Assembly: GCA_002269645.1 (NCBI GenBank)
Contig: NIVC01000864.1
Location: 186,001-250,000, forward strand
Source: Macrostomum lignano
Lineage: Eukaryota
Direction: 5' to 3'
DNA: 64,000 nt
Part shown: positions 61,753 to 64,000 of the stretch, one piece after another
How the letters are laid out: each line of letters begins with the position of its first letter
Numbering within the stretch: the stretch's first letter is position 1
Program-made: the position numbers and the translations under genes
The notes under the pieces: generated by a model
What the model was told of the DNA's origin: nothing
Seen by the model: only the letters and a program-made list of their open reading frames with translations
Databases searched by the model: none

Positions 61753-61892
61753 GTATTAGGCTTCTCCCTCGACTCAGAGCTTTGAAACTCACTCACTGAG
61801 TAAAGACTCATTTTCAGTTCATTTTGGCAAGTATAGCCTTGAATTCGTTCTCCAGAAAATACTCTTACCGTTCCTCTGTTAGAATTTTTCAG

Positions 61893-62009
61893 AGACCAAG
61901 GCAAATTATTAAAGTAAGAAGTACCAATAGGAAGAAGCTAAGCTGTCCCCGCCCCTGTTTAACCTGTGATTTACGATTAGCTATCTGCACTGCAATCAAA
62001 CCAAATTAG
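61893..62009 (+). CDS. Possible terminal exon of the CLCA-family gene
   Basis: Acceptor TTTTTCAG in phase 0, open to TAG; an internal GTAAGA donor could indicate a further exon. Confidence 0.35.
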   Translation, partial: RPRQIIKVRSTNRKKLSCPRPCLTCDLRLAICTAIKPN

Positions 62010-62497
62010 TATTCTTAAGCCTCACCCACCATTCATTCAATGTATTCATTCAATCCGCTCATAATTAATTTCTAAGCCAACCCAGTCAGTGTACTTAATT
62101 GCTTTGATATCGCAAATCCAATTGCATGACTGACAAACGCTCTGAATGATAAAATTACAAATACACTAAGCATAAAATACTGAAAATAAGTTGATCAATT
62201 TGTTCCAAACGCATTGAAACAATTGGCTTTTTGTTAAAATAATGCATTATCAAATATCAATAACTCTGTGCACTTCGGTTTTGCGTGGTCTGCAAATTTG
62301 GCACATGAAGTTCGTGAAATCTGAAAGCAAACCAGTGTACAGTATGAGGCTGTCCGAAATCAGTGTTGCCATATTTCACATTTATGCTGAAATTGTCACA
62401 GCCGCTTGAAAATACCTAAATTGTTTGAAAATTCGTCTTTGCACACGATAGTATGACATTATACGGTTAACACGATAACATACAAAGTCGGCTTGTG

Positions 62498-62805
<308 letters not shown>

Positions 62806-63019
62806 TGTCCATTTCTGACCAACTTGTAGGAAATTTATCAGAGATGGTATGATCAGTTTTTGGTATGTTTTGATCAATGTTAAGTACCTGTAAAGGGTGA
62901 AAAATAGGTGTTTTCCCTATCTAATCAATATATTTTCTGCAAAGTTAGAAAGTTACTCGTAGTTACATTGTCTATGGCTGATGCATGCTGTTTATAACGA
63001 AAATCTGGGCGGATGCAAA

Positions 63020-63200
63020 TCCTATATACTAAAAATGAAAATCTTGCTTGCTTGCTTGCTTGCAATCGATAATCTCCAGAATGGCTTAACCGATTTTCAT
63101 GAGACTTGTTTCGCCTAAAATTCTTAAGATTAGGGAGAAAGTATGGTGTATTTATAACTGGAAAAGTGCTTTCTTTAAACAGGTATTTCTTTATCTAATC
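63020..63200 (+). mobile_element. Helitron-like non-autonomous element, 5' part
   Basis: A|TCCTATATACTAAAAATG, (TTGC)n, AACCGATTT; related to 23315. Confidence 0.5.
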
Positions 63201-63402
63201 TATTCTTAATAGTGTGATGCTGCTTTTTAAAGAATTTTATATTGCATAGTATCCTATTCTAGAGTTCCTTTTTACGTACTACTACCCTTGACTTACTCGA
63301 CTTAGCTGCAGGGGGCGTCCGGCGGATGCAGCGAGAAGGCTGAGAAGACCGCCCATTCCGCTAGCCCCTGGCGACCAATGACTTCCGTTGAAGTGATGTC
63401 AC

Positions 63403-64000
63403 TTAGGGGGACCCGTCGGTCTCGCCTGCAGCGCGGTCCTCACCGGCGGTGGGGAAGAAATCAGCTCGTCCTGTGTCCCTGAGGTACCGGGCGAGCAGCG
63501 GAATGCTCTCGGGCCTGCAAACGTCGGAGAGAACCGGGTTTGGCCCGAGGTGAGTGAGCCTGGCCCTGGTGAAGACTGGGCAGTGGCAGATAAAATGCTC
63601 GGCGTTTTCACTGCCTGAGCGGCAGAAGGGGCACCGCTCCTCGGGTACTTGGCCCTGAAGGAAGCGGTGGCGAGAGAAGCAGCCATGCCCGGAGAGGGCC
63701 ATGCTAACTGCTCTGAGGTCTCTGCGGTTGAGCCTGAGGAGGGCTCTACGCAGGAGAGGAGAGGGGCAGGGGACGGCAGCGCGGGATTGCCTACAATTCC
63801 GGGTGTCGTGCCACCTGCGGAGATGCTCGGAGTCAGTCCAGCGCTTAACGCGGGAGTTGATCACCGAGGCGGGGATGGGGGCTCCCAGGCCCGGCCCCAG
63901 CAGCGCGCCGGCGGAGCCAGCCTTGGCCAGCATGTCGGCGCGCTCGTTGCCGAGGAAACCGGCGTGGCCCGGGATCCATCTGAGCTGCAAGCACGTTGAG
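63403..64000 (-). mobile_element. 3' end of a non-LTR retrotransposon (I/R1/LOA-like) with RNase H and a CCHC zinc finger
   Basis: LRWIPGHAGFLGNERADMLAK (RNase H), LSGHG, CPFC-x5-ENAEHFICHC; runs off the window end. Confidence 0.92.

Overview
Eukaryotic (metazoan) genomic DNA with GC-rich exons, GT-AG introns and a very dense load of mini- and microsatellites. This style suggests an invertebrate such as the flatworm Macrostomum, but that is inference only. Most ORFs in the supplied track are artefacts of tandem repeats. Genes reconstructed by hand: (1) a 2-exon quiver/sleepless-like Ly6 three-finger GPI-anchored protein (minus, 14986-16327); (2) an intronless secreted Arg-rich protein with two pacifastin-like Cys modules (plus, 18488-19174); (3) a polycystin-2 (PKD2/TRPP) channel gene (minus, 20633-34932); (4) a divergent Frizzled receptor (plus, 44265-46469); (5) a CLCA-family/VWA protein whose zinc-protease motif is lost (plus, 57268-~62009). 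There is also an orphan three-finger-like exon (11399-11526) and relics of piggyBac, mariner, DIRS/Ngaro, RNase-H-bearing LINE, Helitron-like and tRNA-derived elements. The most striking observation is a tandemly duplicated, diverged, equal-length (114 nt), phase 1-1 PKD2 exon pair encoding the pre-S1/S1 helix, which looks like a mutually exclusive splicing switch. Several single-base frame breaks fall in short G runs and are more probably assembly indels than real inactivation.
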